Origin: Alistipes sp.
Lineage (GTDB): Bacteria; Bacteroidota; Bacteroidia; Bacteroidales; Rikenellaceae
Direction of reading: 5' to 3'
Length of the DNA stretch: 64,000 nucleotides
Assembly (NCBI GenBank): GCA_029059935.1
Contig: JAIDUZ010000070.1
Location: 1,419 to 65,418, forward strand
The stretch's first letter is position 1. Each line of letters starts with the position of its first letter. A program made the translations under genes and the position numbers. Under the pieces are notes generated by a model that was not told where the DNA came from, searched no databases, and saw only the letters and a program-made list of their open reading frames with translations. This document shows, one piece after another, positions 38,846-48,486 of the stretch.

Positions 38846-39786
38846 GGTTTCTTCGTTTTTTCGCGCCGGAACAACACCTTTTTCACCAGCAGGCCCGCCC
38901 CCTCGGGACAGAGAAGCAGCCGAGGCGCCGCCGCCACGTCGCGCCGCCACCGGGCGAGGTACTCGCTCACGGGACCGCAGAACGAAAGCACCCACAACGC
39001 CACCGAACTGCGGCGGCGCAAGATGCGGAAACGGTTGCGGCCCGTGCCGTAGTGCGTGTCGAACCAAAGGCTTATGTCCATCAGCGAATCGCAGAAAGCG
39101 ATACGCTTGCGGTAGTCGGTATTGTGGCTGACGCTCACGCTGAGGCGCCGGTGCACGGCCGTGAAGAGGGGGATGAAGCGCACGCGGCTGTTGACGGCGA
39201 ACCACAGCCACATGGGCGCGTCGTCGGTGAGCCATTCGGGATGCCGCTCGGGGTGCACCTCGTCGTAATAACGGGCTATCAGCTCGCGCCGGGCCAGCGT
39301 GGCGCAGTTGCAGATGGTGAGACGCAGCAGGAGCCGGTCGAAATCGGTGAAGTGCTCCTCCTCGTCGGGCGTGAAGGTGCCGGAAGTCTGATAATAATTG
39401 CGGGCCCGCGTGAAGCACATGCCGCACCCGGGATCGTCCTCCATCAACTCGACCTGCCGGCGCAGCTTGGAGGGGTCGTCCCACCAATCGTCGCCGTCGC
39501 AATAAGCCACGTATTTGCCGCGGCAGGCCTCGAACGTACGGCGGTAGTTGGCCCGCCACCCCACGTTGGACCCGGAGGTCACCAGGCGCACCCGGTCGGG
39601 GAAGCGTTCGGCATACTCGCGGCAGATGGCGGCCGTGCCGTCGGTGCTGCAATCCTCGCCCAGCACGAGCTCCACGCCGAAAGGCGCCTCCTGCGCCAGC
39701 ACGCCGTCGATGGCCTGCCGCAGGTAGGGCTCGTGGTTGTAGGTCGTCATGCAGACCGAAACGAGGGGAATAGCAGGTATAACCAT
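38842..39786 (-). CDS. Glycosyltransferase family 2
   Basis: VSVCMTTYNHE, EDCSTDGT, YVAYCDGDDWW. Confidence 0.93.
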   Translation of the reverse strand: MVIPAIPLVSVCMTTYNHEPYLRQAIDGVLAQEAPFGVELVLGEDCSTDGTAAICREYAERFPDRVRLVTSGSNVGWRANYRRTFEACRGKYVAYCDGDDWWDDPSKLRRQVELMEDDPGCGMCFTRARNYYQTSGTFTPDEEEHFTDFDRLLLRLTICNCATLARRELIARYYDEVHPERHPEWLTDDAPMWLWFAVNSRVRFIPLFTAVHRRLSVSVSHNTDYRKRIAFCDSLMDISLWFDTHYGTGRNRFRILRRRSSVALWVLSFCGPVSEYLARWRRDVAAAPRLLLCPEGAGLLVKKVLFRREKTKKP

Positions 39787-39859
39787 ATTCCTTTATCAGA
39801 TATTTGTCTTTTAGCCGCTTTTTGTTCCGGCAAAAAGCGGCGGAAAAACCGACGCTCGC

Positions 39860-39897
39860 AGCGAGAGCAGAGGCCGCTTGCGGACTATGCCTCGCAA
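39860..39897 (-). repeat. Variant copy of the palindromic repeat family
   Basis: Reverse complement GG-CATAG-TCCGCAAGCGGC-CTCTG-CTCTCGCT. Confidence 0.6.
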
Positions 39898-39953
39898 GGA
39901 GGAGGAAAACAAGCGAAGCGCAGTTAACCTCTCCTCCCGACTATCTCCGCCTA

Positions 39954-40044
39954 CAAAGAACGGCCTAACGCTTGCTCCGGGCGCCTATTCGCGGGTTTGC
40001 AAGCAAACCGGCCCCTGCGCTTAACGCTTTTAGTCCGTTCTTTG
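39954..40044. repeat. 91 bp MITE/REPIN-like inverted-repeat element
   Basis: CAAAGAACGGCCTAA ... TTAGTCCGTTCTTTG (14/15 inverted match), central GGTTTGC-AA-GCAAACC. Confidence 0.65.
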
Positions 40045-40095
40045 CTTCACGGCTCCGACATCGGAGCGGATTTATTGCATATGTTCTCCTTTCAC

Positions 40096-42753
40096 TTATA
40101 ATTTACTCAGTTTGGCGAATTTGGCCAGGAGGGTCTTTTCGCCCGCGCCGTCGAAAGCGATGACCAGCTTGTGGTCGCCGGCCAGCATCTCGATGCGGCG
40201 GACGATGCCGACGCCGAACTTGGGATGCTCGACGCGCTGGCCGACGGCAAAATCGCCGGCCGAAGCGGCGGCGGAAGGAGCCGGAGCGAACGATGCGGGG
40301 CGGGTATCGAGCCGCCGCATACCCTCGGTGGAGGGGCGGGGCGTCCGCACCAAGGCCGGATCGGGCGCCGTGCGCGGCTTCGGAGCGTCGAAACGCGAAC
40401 TGCCTGCCGGAGCACCGCCGAAACGGGCGCTGCCGGAAGAAGCACCGTAGCACGAAGCGTTTCCCCGGCTGCCGGAAGAGGAGGCGCCGTATTTTCCGCC
40501 GGCGCCATAGCTGCCTCCCTGCCGGCTGCCGCCGGAAGGATAACCGCCCTGCGGTCTGCCGGCCCCCTGCGCCGAACGCGCCGGATAACGCCGGGCCGGA
40601 CCGCTGCCGTAGCCGTGTTCGTCCTCGCGAGGCGCCTGCCCTTTCTGCTGGAAGCGGTAGTCGAAGCGGCGGCGCAGCTCGTCGATGGCCGAACCGCCCT
40701 CCTCGCGGTGCGGTACGCGGTCATCGTCGGGCTCGACGACGTTTTCGAGATACTGCGGGTCGATTTCGCGCAGGAAACAGCTGGGGCGCGAGAACTCCAT
40801 GTTGCCCCACTTGAAACGCATCTCGGCATAGGAGAGCGTGGCGGCGACCTTGGCGCGCGTGAGGGCCACGTAGAACAAGCGCCGCTCCTCCTCGAAGCCG
40901 TCGGGCGACTCCATGGCCCGCTGCGAGGGGAAGAGGTTCTCTTCGAGACCCACGATGTAGACGTATTTGTATTCGAGCCCCTTGGCCGAATGGACGGTCA
41001 TCAGGGTCACCTTGTTGCGGTCCTCGGGGTCGTCCTTGTCCATGTCGGTCATGAGCATGACGTTCTGCAACCACTCCTCGATGGTGGCCTCCTCGTCGGG
41101 CTGCCGCTCGCCGCCGCGGATTTCGGCGTCGCGCTGCTCCTTGAAGAGCTGCATGGAGTTCAAAAGCTCCTCGATGTTGTTGAGGGCCGACGTGGCCTCG
41201 GGGGAATTCTCCTTGCGGTAGACGGCGAGGATGCCCGACTTCGACGCAATCTCCAGACCGAAGTCGTAGAGCCCCTTTTCGGTACGGGCCAGCGAGAGCG
41301 TGCGAATCATGGCGACGAACTCCGCGACCTTGCGGACGATGGCCCGCTGCACGGCGTCGGCAGGCGGCTCGGCGACCAAGGCGTCGACGGCCTCCCACAT
41401 GGAGACGCCGCGCTCGGCGGCCAGCTGCGCGATGCGGTCGACCGTAGTGTCGCCGATGCCGCGCGCAGGGTAGTTGACGATGCGGCGGAAAGCCTCGTCG
41501 TCGCGCGGATTGATGACCAGCCGGATGTAGGCCATCAGGTCCTTGATTTCCTTGTGGTCGTAGAACGACGAACCCTTGTAGATGCGGTAAGGGATGCCGC
41601 GGCGCCGCAGGTTCTCCTCCAACACAAGCGACTGGTTGTTGGTGCGGTAGAGGATGACCGACTCGGCCCACTCGTCGCCGGCGGCCCGCACGCGGTCGCG
41701 CAGGTCGGAGACCACCAGCTCGGCCTCCTCGCGGTCGTTGTAAGCCCTGAGCACACGGATTTTCTCGCCCTGGTCGCCCTCGGAGAAACAGGTCTTGTCC
41801 AACCGTTTGGAATTATGCTGAATTACGGAATTAGCCGCATTGACAATCGTCCGGGTAGAACGATAATTCTGCTCCAGCTTAAATATCCGCGCATCAGGGA
41901 AATCCTTTTGAAATGTCAGAATATTATCGACCGTAGCCCCTCGGAACGAATAGATGGACTGCGCATCGTCGCCCACGACGCACACCCGCGAATGGGTCTG
42001 CGAGAGACGCCGGATAATGATATACTGAGCATGATTGGTATCTTGATACTCATCAATGAGAATATATTGGAACTGCTTCTGGCAGCGAGCTAAAACCTCA
42101 GGATAATCACGCAGCAGAATATTAGTCTGCAACAGAATATCGTCGAAGTCCATAGCGCCGTTATGCTTGCAACGTTCGCAATAAATATTGTATATCCTAC
42201 CGAACTCAGAAATCTGAGCACGCCAGTCCTCGACAGCCAACGAACCGTTGGCCAAATAGGCGCCAGGCGTAATCAACGCGTTCTTGGCGAACGAGATGCG
42301 CGAGGCGAGGCGGGCCGGAGTATATTTTTTATCGTCGAGGTCGAGTTCCTTTACAATGCTCTTTATCAGATTCCGGCTGTCCGACGAATCGTATATTGTG
42401 AATGTCTTGGGGTATTCCAACAGGTCGGCGTAAACACGCAATAACCGTAAAAAGACCGAATGGAATGTCCCCATCCAAATTCTGCGCGCCTGGTCTTTCG
42501 ACAGCGGATCCGGAACCATATCGATGATTCGGGTGCGGATTTCGGTGGCAGCCTTATTCGTAAAGGTCATCGCCAAAATACTGTCCGCAGGCACGCCATT
42601 GAGAATCATATAAGCCATGCGCGACGTGAGCACGCGCGTCTTGCCCGAGCCGGCGCCGGCGATGATGAGCGACGGCGAATCGTAGTTGACGACCGCATCG
42701 CGCTGCGCGGGATTGAGTCCCTCCAATATCTTCGAAACAGAATCCGGTTCCAT
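40096..42753 (-). CDS. uvrD: UvrD/PcrA family ATP-dependent DNA helicase
   Basis: AGAGSGKT, TFTNKAA, GTFHS, DEYQDTN, VGDDAQSIYSFRGA, LEQNYRST, TVHSAKGLE, EEERRLFYVALTRA, C-terminal V.HPKFG. Confidence 0.96.
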   Translation of the reverse strand: MEPDSVSKILEGLNPAQRDAVVNYDSPSLIIAGAGSGKTRVLTSRMAYMILNGVPADSILAMTFTNKAATEIRTRIIDMVPDPLSKDQARRIWMGTFHSVFLRLLRVYADLLEYPKTFTIYDSSDSRNLIKSIVKELDLDDKKYTPARLASRISFAKNALITPGAYLANGSLAVEDWRAQISEFGRIYNIYCERCKHNGAMDFDDILLQTNILLRDYPEVLARCQKQFQYILIDEYQDTNHAQYIIIRRLSQTHSRVCVVGDDAQSIYSFRGATVDNILTFQKDFPDARIFKLEQNYRSTRTIVNAANSVIQHNSKRLDKTCFSEGDQGEKIRVLRAYNDREEAELVVSDLRDRVRAAGDEWAESVILYRTNNQSLVLEENLRRRGIPYRIYKGSSFYDHKEIKDLMAYIRLVINPRDDEAFRRIVNYPARGIGDTTVDRIAQLAAERGVSMWEAVDALVAEPPADAVQRAIVRKVAEFVAMIRTLSLARTEKGLYDFGLEIASKSGILAVYRKENSPEATSALNNIEELLNSMQLFKEQRDAEIRGGERQPDEEATIEEWLQNVMLMTDMDKDDPEDRNKVTLMTVHSAKGLEYKYVYIVGLEENLFPSQRAMESPDGFEEERRLFYVALTRAKVAATLSYAEMRFKWGNMEFSRPSCFLREIDPQYLENVVEPDDDRVPHREEGGSAIDELRRRFDYRFQQKGQAPREDEHGYGSGPARRYPARSAQGAGRPQGGYPSGGSRQGGSYGAGGKYGASSSGSRGNASCYGASSGSARFGGAPAGSSRFDAPKPRTAPDPALVRTPRPSTEGMRRLDTRPASFAPAPSAAASAGDFAVGQRVEHPKFGVGIVRRIEMLAGDHKLVIAFDGAGEKTLLAKFAKLSKL

Positions 42754-42772
42754 GCGGGCAAAATTACAACTT

Positions 42773-44464
42773 TTATTCGCCCGATGCAAGCGCCGCAGGC
42801 GAAAGCCGCCCGGTGTAGAGCCCGATGATGACGCCGTTGAAACCGCGGGCCGTGTGCGTACTCAGGCAGCGGGTGTCGACATCCTGCGCGAGCACGGTGA
42901 AAGGTCCGTCGCCCCAGGCATATTCGAGGTCGCAGCGGCCGCCCGAACCCAGCACGCGTAAGGTCAGGGATTTGGCGGCGTCGGCCTCCCCGACGGGCAC
43001 GGAAGCCAGCATTTCGGCCCCGCCGTCGGCCCGGACGGCCACCACAGCGTCGTGCGTCCGGCCGAAGAGGAGGTAATGCCGCTCGTTCTGGAAGAGCGCC
43101 AAGCCTCCGAAACGCCCCTCGGAAACAGCGGAAGCCACCGTGGTTTCGGCCGTGAAGTCGGTGTGCTGCTGCCGCACGCCCACGAATGCGGGATTGGCCG
43201 CAAGGTCGATCGTATGGCCGTTGTCGCGGAGCACGAGACCCCGGCCGTCGGTGCGCAGCCACTCGCTGCGGGGCGTGCGTATCATGAGCCAGCGGTCGTC
43301 GAGTCCCTCGGAGAAATCGGTCGACCAGGCGAAGTTGCCGGTCGTGGGACGGAGCGCAGGGTCGGGCTGCAACCCCTCTTTGCGGACGACGGTAGGCACC
43401 GCCCGGCCCGGCGGCAGGATGACGGGGAATCCGTCGTCCCACGTGACGGGCAGCAGGAAAGTTTCGCGCCCGGTATTGTAGAAATCGTCGGCATAGGGGC
43501 GGCATCCGAGGAAGACGGAATACCACTGCCCGTCGGGCGTACGCACCATGTCGGCATGGCCGGTGCTGGTGACCTTGTCGGGCCGGTCGGCGGGCAGGTC
43601 GCGCTGCGTGAGGACCGGATTGCGGGGATAGGGCACGTAGGGGCCTTTCACCGACGAAGACTTGAGCGCCACCTGCGAATGGCCCTCGTAGGTGCCTCCC
43701 TCGGCGGCGAGCAGGACATACTCGCCGTCGTGCTTGTAGATATGGGGCCCTTCGAGCCATTCGGGCTGCGCGGCGAAATCGACGCCGCCGTCGAGCAGCA
43801 GCACGGGCTCGCCGACGACACGGTCGGCAACGGTGTCGAACTCCCAGAGCCACAGAGCCCGGTGGGAATTCCACTGCCGCTCGCCCGGAGGCATGCCGTT
43901 GTGCAGGAGGTAGGCGCGGCCATCGTCGTCGAAGAAGAGCGACGGGTCGATGCCCTCGACCTCGGGCAGCGGGATGGGGTCGGACCAGTTGCCGGCGAAC
44001 GGGTCGCGGCACTTGACGATGAAGTTCTCGATGCCGTCGACGCAGGTGTTGATGACGTAGAAGGTGTCGTTATGGGGATTGTAGCTGATGTCGGGAGCGT
44101 AGATGGCGCGGTTGAAGCGCAGCGAATCGAGCGGCACCTGCTCCGGACGGTCGAGCACGAAACCCAGCTGGCGCCAATGGACGAGGTCGCGGCTGTGGAA
44201 GATGGGAATCGAGGGATAGAAGGTGAACGACGAATTGACCAGGAAGTAGTCGTCGCCCTTGCGGCAGATGCTCGGGTCGGGGTGGAATCCGGCGAGCACG
44301 GGGTTGAGATACTCGCTGCAAGAATCGACGGCACGCTCGAAACGGGCGTCGCGGCCGACATAGGAGAAGCCGGCGAAACGGACCTCGTCCGGGCCGAGCG
44401 AACGGCACCCGCCCAATGAAGCAAGAAGGGTGCACGAGAGAAAAAGTCTGCGGAATGTGTTCAT
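42773..44464 (-). CDS. Glycoside hydrolase family 43 lipoprotein with a C-terminal beta-sandwich
   Basis: NPVLAGFHPDPSICR, SRDLVHW, YAPDI, GIDPSLFFDDDG, EGPHIYK, TGHAD, GRETFL. Confidence 0.93.
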   Translation of the reverse strand: MNTFRRLFLSCTLLASLGGCRSLGPDEVRFAGFSYVGRDARFERAVDSCSEYLNPVLAGFHPDPSICRKGDDYFLVNSSFTFYPSIPIFHSRDLVHWRQLGFVLDRPEQVPLDSLRFNRAIYAPDISYNPHNDTFYVINTCVDGIENFIVKCRDPFAGNWSDPIPLPEVEGIDPSLFFDDDGRAYLLHNGMPPGERQWNSHRALWLWEFDTVADRVVGEPVLLLDGGVDFAAQPEWLEGPHIYKHDGEYVLLAAEGGTYEGHSQVALKSSSVKGPYVPYPRNPVLTQRDLPADRPDKVTSTGHADMVRTPDGQWYSVFLGCRPYADDFYNTGRETFLLPVTWDDGFPVILPPGRAVPTVVRKEGLQPDPALRPTTGNFAWSTDFSEGLDDRWLMIRTPRSEWLRTDGRGLVLRDNGHTIDLAANPAFVGVRQQHTDFTAETTVASAVSEGRFGGLALFQNERHYLLFGRTHDAVVAVRADGGAEMLASVPVGEADAAKSLTLRVLGSGGRCDLEYAWGDGPFTVLAQDVDTRCLSTHTARGFNGVIIGLYTGRLSPAALASGE

Positions 44465-44758
44465 AAGGTTCGAAGATATGAAAAGTCGGGCGCAAAAACA
44501 AATCTGTCCGTATTTTATTGCCGGAGGAGGATGCCGGGGAGCCGGGCCCGGAGGTGCGGGAGATATTCGAAAGGCCTTCGGAGCCCCCGGGGACGGGCGC
44601 AGCCGGGAGACTATGCGGAAAAAACGCGGAACGAAGAAAAAACGGCGACCTTTTTTCGGAATTTTGCAATATCTTTGTGTCTGCGTCCGTTAACGGCAGA
44701 CGAAGCCGTCCTGCCGCGGACCCGGCACCGAGCATACAAAGAATACAAACGAACGGAT

Positions 44759-45757
44759 ATGAGCGAAGTCATCAACATCAAGGAACTCAACGAACGCATC
44801 GAACGCGAATCGGTCTTCGTGGACACGCTGCGCAACGAAATGGGCAAGGTAATCGTGGGCCAGGGACACCTGGTCGACACCCTGCTGATAGGTCTGCTGT
44901 CCAACGGCCACATCCTGCTGGAGGGTGTGCCGGGACTGGCCAAGACGCTGGCCATCACGACGCTGGCCAAAGCCGTCGACGCCGCATTCTCGCGCATACA
45001 GTTCACGCCCGACCTGCTGCCGGCCGACCTGATAGGCACGCTGATCTACTCGCAGAAGAACGAAGATTTCGTGGTCCGCAAAGGCCCCATCTTCGCCAAT
45101 TTCGTGCTGGCCGACGAAATCAACCGCTCGCCGGCCAAGGTGCAGTCGGCCCTGCTGGAAGCGATGCAGGAGCGGCAGGTGACCATCGGCGAAGAGACCT
45201 ACGCCCTGCCGCGCCCCTTTCTGGTGCTGGCGACGCAGAATCCCCTGGAACAGGAGGGAACCTACCCGCTGCCCGAAGCGCAAGTGGACCGCTTCATGCT
45301 GAAAGCCAAAATCTCCTACCCCAACAAACAGGAGGAGCGCGACATCGTACGGATGAACCTTTCGGGCGCCGGCATGCCGGAAGTGAACAAGGTGATCTCG
45401 CCCGAAGACATCGTGAAAGCCCGCAAGGTGGTGGAAGACGTCTACATGGACGAGAAAATCGAGAAGTACATCATCGACATCATCTTCGCGACGCGCGAAC
45501 CGGGCGAATACGACCTGGGCAAATTGCAGAACCTGATCGCCTGCGGCGCCTCGCCCCGAGCCTCGATCTCGCTGGCCAAGGCGGCCCGCGCCTATGCCTT
45601 CATCCGCCGCCGCGGCTATGTGATTCCGGAAGACGTGCGCGCCGTGTGCCACGACGTGCTGCGGCACCGCATCGGCCTGACCTACGAAGCCGAAGCCGAA
45701 AACATCACCTCGGAAGAGATAGTGACCGAGATACTGAACAACGTAATCGTACCCTAA
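44759..45757 (+). CDS. MoxR family AAA+ ATPase
   Basis: EGVPGLAKT, RIQFTPDLLPAD, DEINR, ATQNPLEQEGTYPLPEAQVDRF, GASPRA. Confidence 0.96.
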   Translation: MSEVINIKELNERIERESVFVDTLRNEMGKVIVGQGHLVDTLLIGLLSNGHILLEGVPGLAKTLAITTLAKAVDAAFSRIQFTPDLLPADLIGTLIYSQKNEDFVVRKGPIFANFVLADEINRSPAKVQSALLEAMQERQVTIGEETYALPRPFLVLATQNPLEQEGTYPLPEAQVDRFMLKAKISYPNKQEERDIVRMNLSGAGMPEVNKVISPEDIVKARKVVEDVYMDEKIEKYIIDIIFATREPGEYDLGKLQNLIACGASPRASISLAKAARAYAFIRRRGYVIPEDVRAVCHDVLRHRIGLTYEAEAENITSEEIVTEILNNVIVP

Positions 45758-45761
45758 AGCG

Positions 45762-46646
45762 ATGCGGGAGAACGAAAACGACCTGCTCCGGCGCGTCCGC
45801 AAAATCGAAATCAAGACCCGCGGCCTCTCCGACGAAATATTCGCCGGCAAGTACCACACGGCCTTCCGCGGACGCGGCATGTCGTTCTCCGAAGTGAGGG
45901 AATACCGCGTCGGCGACGACATCCGCGACATCGACTGGAACGTGACGGCCCGCTCGTGCAAGCCCCACATCAAGGTCTACGAGGAAGAACGCGAACTGAC
46001 GATGATGCTCCTGGTCGACGTATCGGCCTCGCGCACCTTCGGCACGACGGACCGGCTCAAGCAGAACGTCATCACCGAGATAGCCGCGGTGCTGGCCTTC
46101 TCGGCGGTGCAGAACAACGACAAGGTGGGCTGCATCTTCTTCTCGGACAAGGTGGAGAAGTTCATCCCGCCCAAGAAAGGACGCAGCCACATTCTGACCA
46201 TCCTCCGCGAACTGGTGGGCTTCCGGCCCGAATCGGCGGGCACCCGGCTCTCGGAACCGCTGCGGCTGCTGACCAACGTGAACAAGAAACGCTGCACGAC
46301 CTTCATCCTCTCCGACTTCCTGGACCCGGCGCAGGACCGCGAAGCGCTGGAAGACGCCCTGAAGATTGCCGGCAGCAAACACGACCTGGCGGCCATCCGC
46401 GTCTATGACCCGCGCGAAGCCGAGATGCCGGACGTAGGCATCGTGGAACTGCAAGACGCCGAGACCGGCCGCAAGGTGTGGGTCGACACCTCGTCGCGTG
46501 CGGTCCGCGACCACTATGCCGAAGCGTGGCGCCGCCGCACCGCCTCGGTCGACGAACTGCTGCGCCACCGCCGCATCGACACGGCGACCGTAGCCACCGA
46601 CGGCGACTACGTAGCCGAACTGATCAAACTATTCAGACAACGATGA
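45762..46646 (+). CDS. DUF58 domain protein
   Basis: GRGMSFSEVREY..GDDIRDIDWNVTAR, EEEREL, DVSAS, ILSDF. Confidence 0.94.
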   Translation: MRENENDLLRRVRKIEIKTRGLSDEIFAGKYHTAFRGRGMSFSEVREYRVGDDIRDIDWNVTARSCKPHIKVYEEERELTMMLLVDVSASRTFGTTDRLKQNVITEIAAVLAFSAVQNNDKVGCIFFSDKVEKFIPPKKGRSHILTILRELVGFRPESAGTRLSEPLRLLTNVNKKRCTTFILSDFLDPAQDREALEDALKIAGSKHDLAAIRVYDPREAEMPDVGIVELQDAETGRKVWVDTSSRAVRDHYAEAWRRRTASVDELLRHRRIDTATVATDGDYVAELIKLFRQR

Positions 46647-47605
46647 AACGACTCCTGCTACCGCTGCTGCTCCTGACGGCGCCGGGCGCCCGGGCCCAGC
46701 GGCCCACGGTCGAAGCCCGCGTGGAACCCGACAGCGTGATGATAGGCGACCGCTTCGACTACGTCATCGAAGTGGAGAAGGACCTGGTGCAGGTGGTGAA
46801 CTTCCCGGTATTCCGGCCCGGCGACAACCCCGGCGGCCTGGTGCTGGTGGAAGATGCGCCCGTCGACACGCTCCTGCGCGAAGGACGCCGCCTGAAACTG
46901 CGCAAACGCTACCGGCTGGCCGTTTTCGAAGAAGGACACCACAATTTCGGCCCGGCCGAAGTGCTCTATGCCGACAAGAACATCGTCGACACGCTCCGCA
47001 CGGGAAACGACCTGGAACTGAACGTAGCCACGTTCGAGATAGACTCGACGTCGCAGTCGATCTACGACCTGAAGCCGCAACGCGGCATGCCGTTCCGCAT
47101 GGGTGAAATAAGCGGATACCTGCTGCGGGGTCTGCTGGCGCTCCTGCTGCTGGCGCTGCTGGCGGTCGGGGGATACTGCTGGCTGCGCCGCCGCGGCTCG
47201 ACGCTGGGGCAGCTTTTCCGGGCGCCGGCGCCCCTGCCTCCGCATGTCGAAGCGATCCGGGCGCTGGAGGCGCTGCACCATCAGAAACTGTGGCAGAACA
47301 ACCGCCACAAACAATACTACTCGGGGCTGACGGACATCCTGCGCACCTACATGGCGCGCCGCTGGGAGATAGGGGCCATGGAGATGACCTCGGACGAAAT
47401 CCTGACGGCCCTGCGGCCGCTCGGCCTGCCCGACAAGGCGCGCACGGACCTGGCGGCCCTGCTGCGCGACGCCGACCTGGTGAAATTCGCCAAGGCGGCG
47501 CCCGGAGCCGAAGAGAACGAGACCCACTATCTGAACGCCTACTATTTTGTGGAGGAGACCAAGCCGGCGACCGAGCAGGCGGAGGAGACCCCCGAAAACC
47601 GATAG
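46643..47605 (+). CDS. Bat-locus hypothetical membrane protein
   Basis: Signal peptide, IGD, single TM, KQYYS.LTDILR.Y, AMEMTSDE, ADLVKFAK. Confidence 0.85.
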   Translation: MKRLLLPLLLLTAPGARAQRPTVEARVEPDSVMIGDRFDYVIEVEKDLVQVVNFPVFRPGDNPGGLVLVEDAPVDTLLREGRRLKLRKRYRLAVFEEGHHNFGPAEVLYADKNIVDTLRTGNDLELNVATFEIDSTSQSIYDLKPQRGMPFRMGEISGYLLRGLLALLLLALLAVGGYCWLRRRGSTLGQLFRAPAPLPPHVEAIRALEALHHQKLWQNNRHKQYYSGLTDILRTYMARRWEIGAMEMTSDEILTALRPLGLPDKARTDLAALLRDADLVKFAKAAPGAEENETHYLNAYYFVEETKPATEQAEETPENR

Positions 47606-47606
47606 C

Positions 47607-48380
47607 ATGATGCGACGACTGCTTTACATACTTTTTCTTTTTGCCGTTGCAGGAGCCCATGCGCAGAAGATGCCCGAACGCCGCGACGTACGCCGCGGCA
47701 ACCGTCTCTACGACCGCGGCGACTACAAAGGGGCCATCGAACGCTACACGCAGGCGCTGGACAAGGCCCCGGAATGCAACGAAGCGCTCTACGACCTGGG
47801 CAACGCCCTCTGCAAAGCCGAGATGTACGACAAGGCCGAGCAGACCATGACCCGGGCCGCGGCCGACACGCTGCGGACCGACGCCGAACGGGCCGAGGCG
47901 CACTACAACCTGGGGAACGCGCAGTTCCATCAACAAAAATACAAGGAAGCGCTCGAAAGCTACCGCCGCTCGCTGCTGCTGAATCCGGACGACATGGAAG
48001 CCAAATACAACTACGCCTACACCAAGAAACTGCTGGAACAACAGCAGGAAGACCCGAACAATGGCGGCGGTGGAGAAAGTGGAGGCGACCAGGACCAACA
48101 ACAAAACGGCGAGCAAGACGAACAACAGGGCGAACAACAAGACCGGGAATCGCAGCAAAACGACTCGAACGAAGACGGCGAGGAACAACCGGAAGAGAAC
48201 CCTGCGAATCCGGACGGAGACGAGAACCAGGAACAACAAGGCGGGCAGCCCCAGCCCTCCGGCATCTCCGAACAAGAGGCGGAACAGATGCTCGACGCCA
48301 TTCAGGCCCAGGAAGACCGGACCCAAGACAAACTTAAAGAAAAACAAGGACGCGTGGTGCGAGGCAGGAAGAACTGGTGA
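47607..48380 (+). CDS. batC: TPR protein (BatC-like)
   Basis: RRGN.LY, YDLGNAL, HYNLGNA, Q/E-rich linker, AEQMLDA..QE, terminal KNW. Confidence 0.88.
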   Translation: MMRRLLYILFLFAVAGAHAQKMPERRDVRRGNRLYDRGDYKGAIERYTQALDKAPECNEALYDLGNALCKAEMYDKAEQTMTRAAADTLRTDAERAEAHYNLGNAQFHQQKYKEALESYRRSLLLNPDDMEAKYNYAYTKKLLEQQQEDPNNGGGGESGGDQDQQQNGEQDEQQGEQQDRESQQNDSNEDGEEQPEENPANPDGDENQEQQGGQPQPSGISEQEAEQMLDAIQAQEDRTQDKLKEKQGRVVRGRKNW

Positions 48381-48390
48381 TTTGCCACAG

Positions 48391-48430
48391 TGAAAATTGA
48401 AAAGTGAAAAGTGAAAGGCGAAAAGTAAAA
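48391..48430 (+). repeat. Degenerate heptamer tandem repeat (GAAAAGT-like)
   Basis: TGAAAAT TGAAAAG TGAAAAG TGAAAGG CGAAAAG TAAAA. Confidence 0.7.
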
Positions 48431-48486
48431 CATCGCACCCGGCAGGGGCACAGACCGCGCCCCCGATTCATAGATAAAAACCGACC

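Noticed and set aside
34467..39052. Long plus-strand ORFs (779 and 833 aa), and similar antisense ORFs throughout the window
   Set aside because: Shadow frames of recG, S41, nth and others, expected at high GC; no recognisable motifs.
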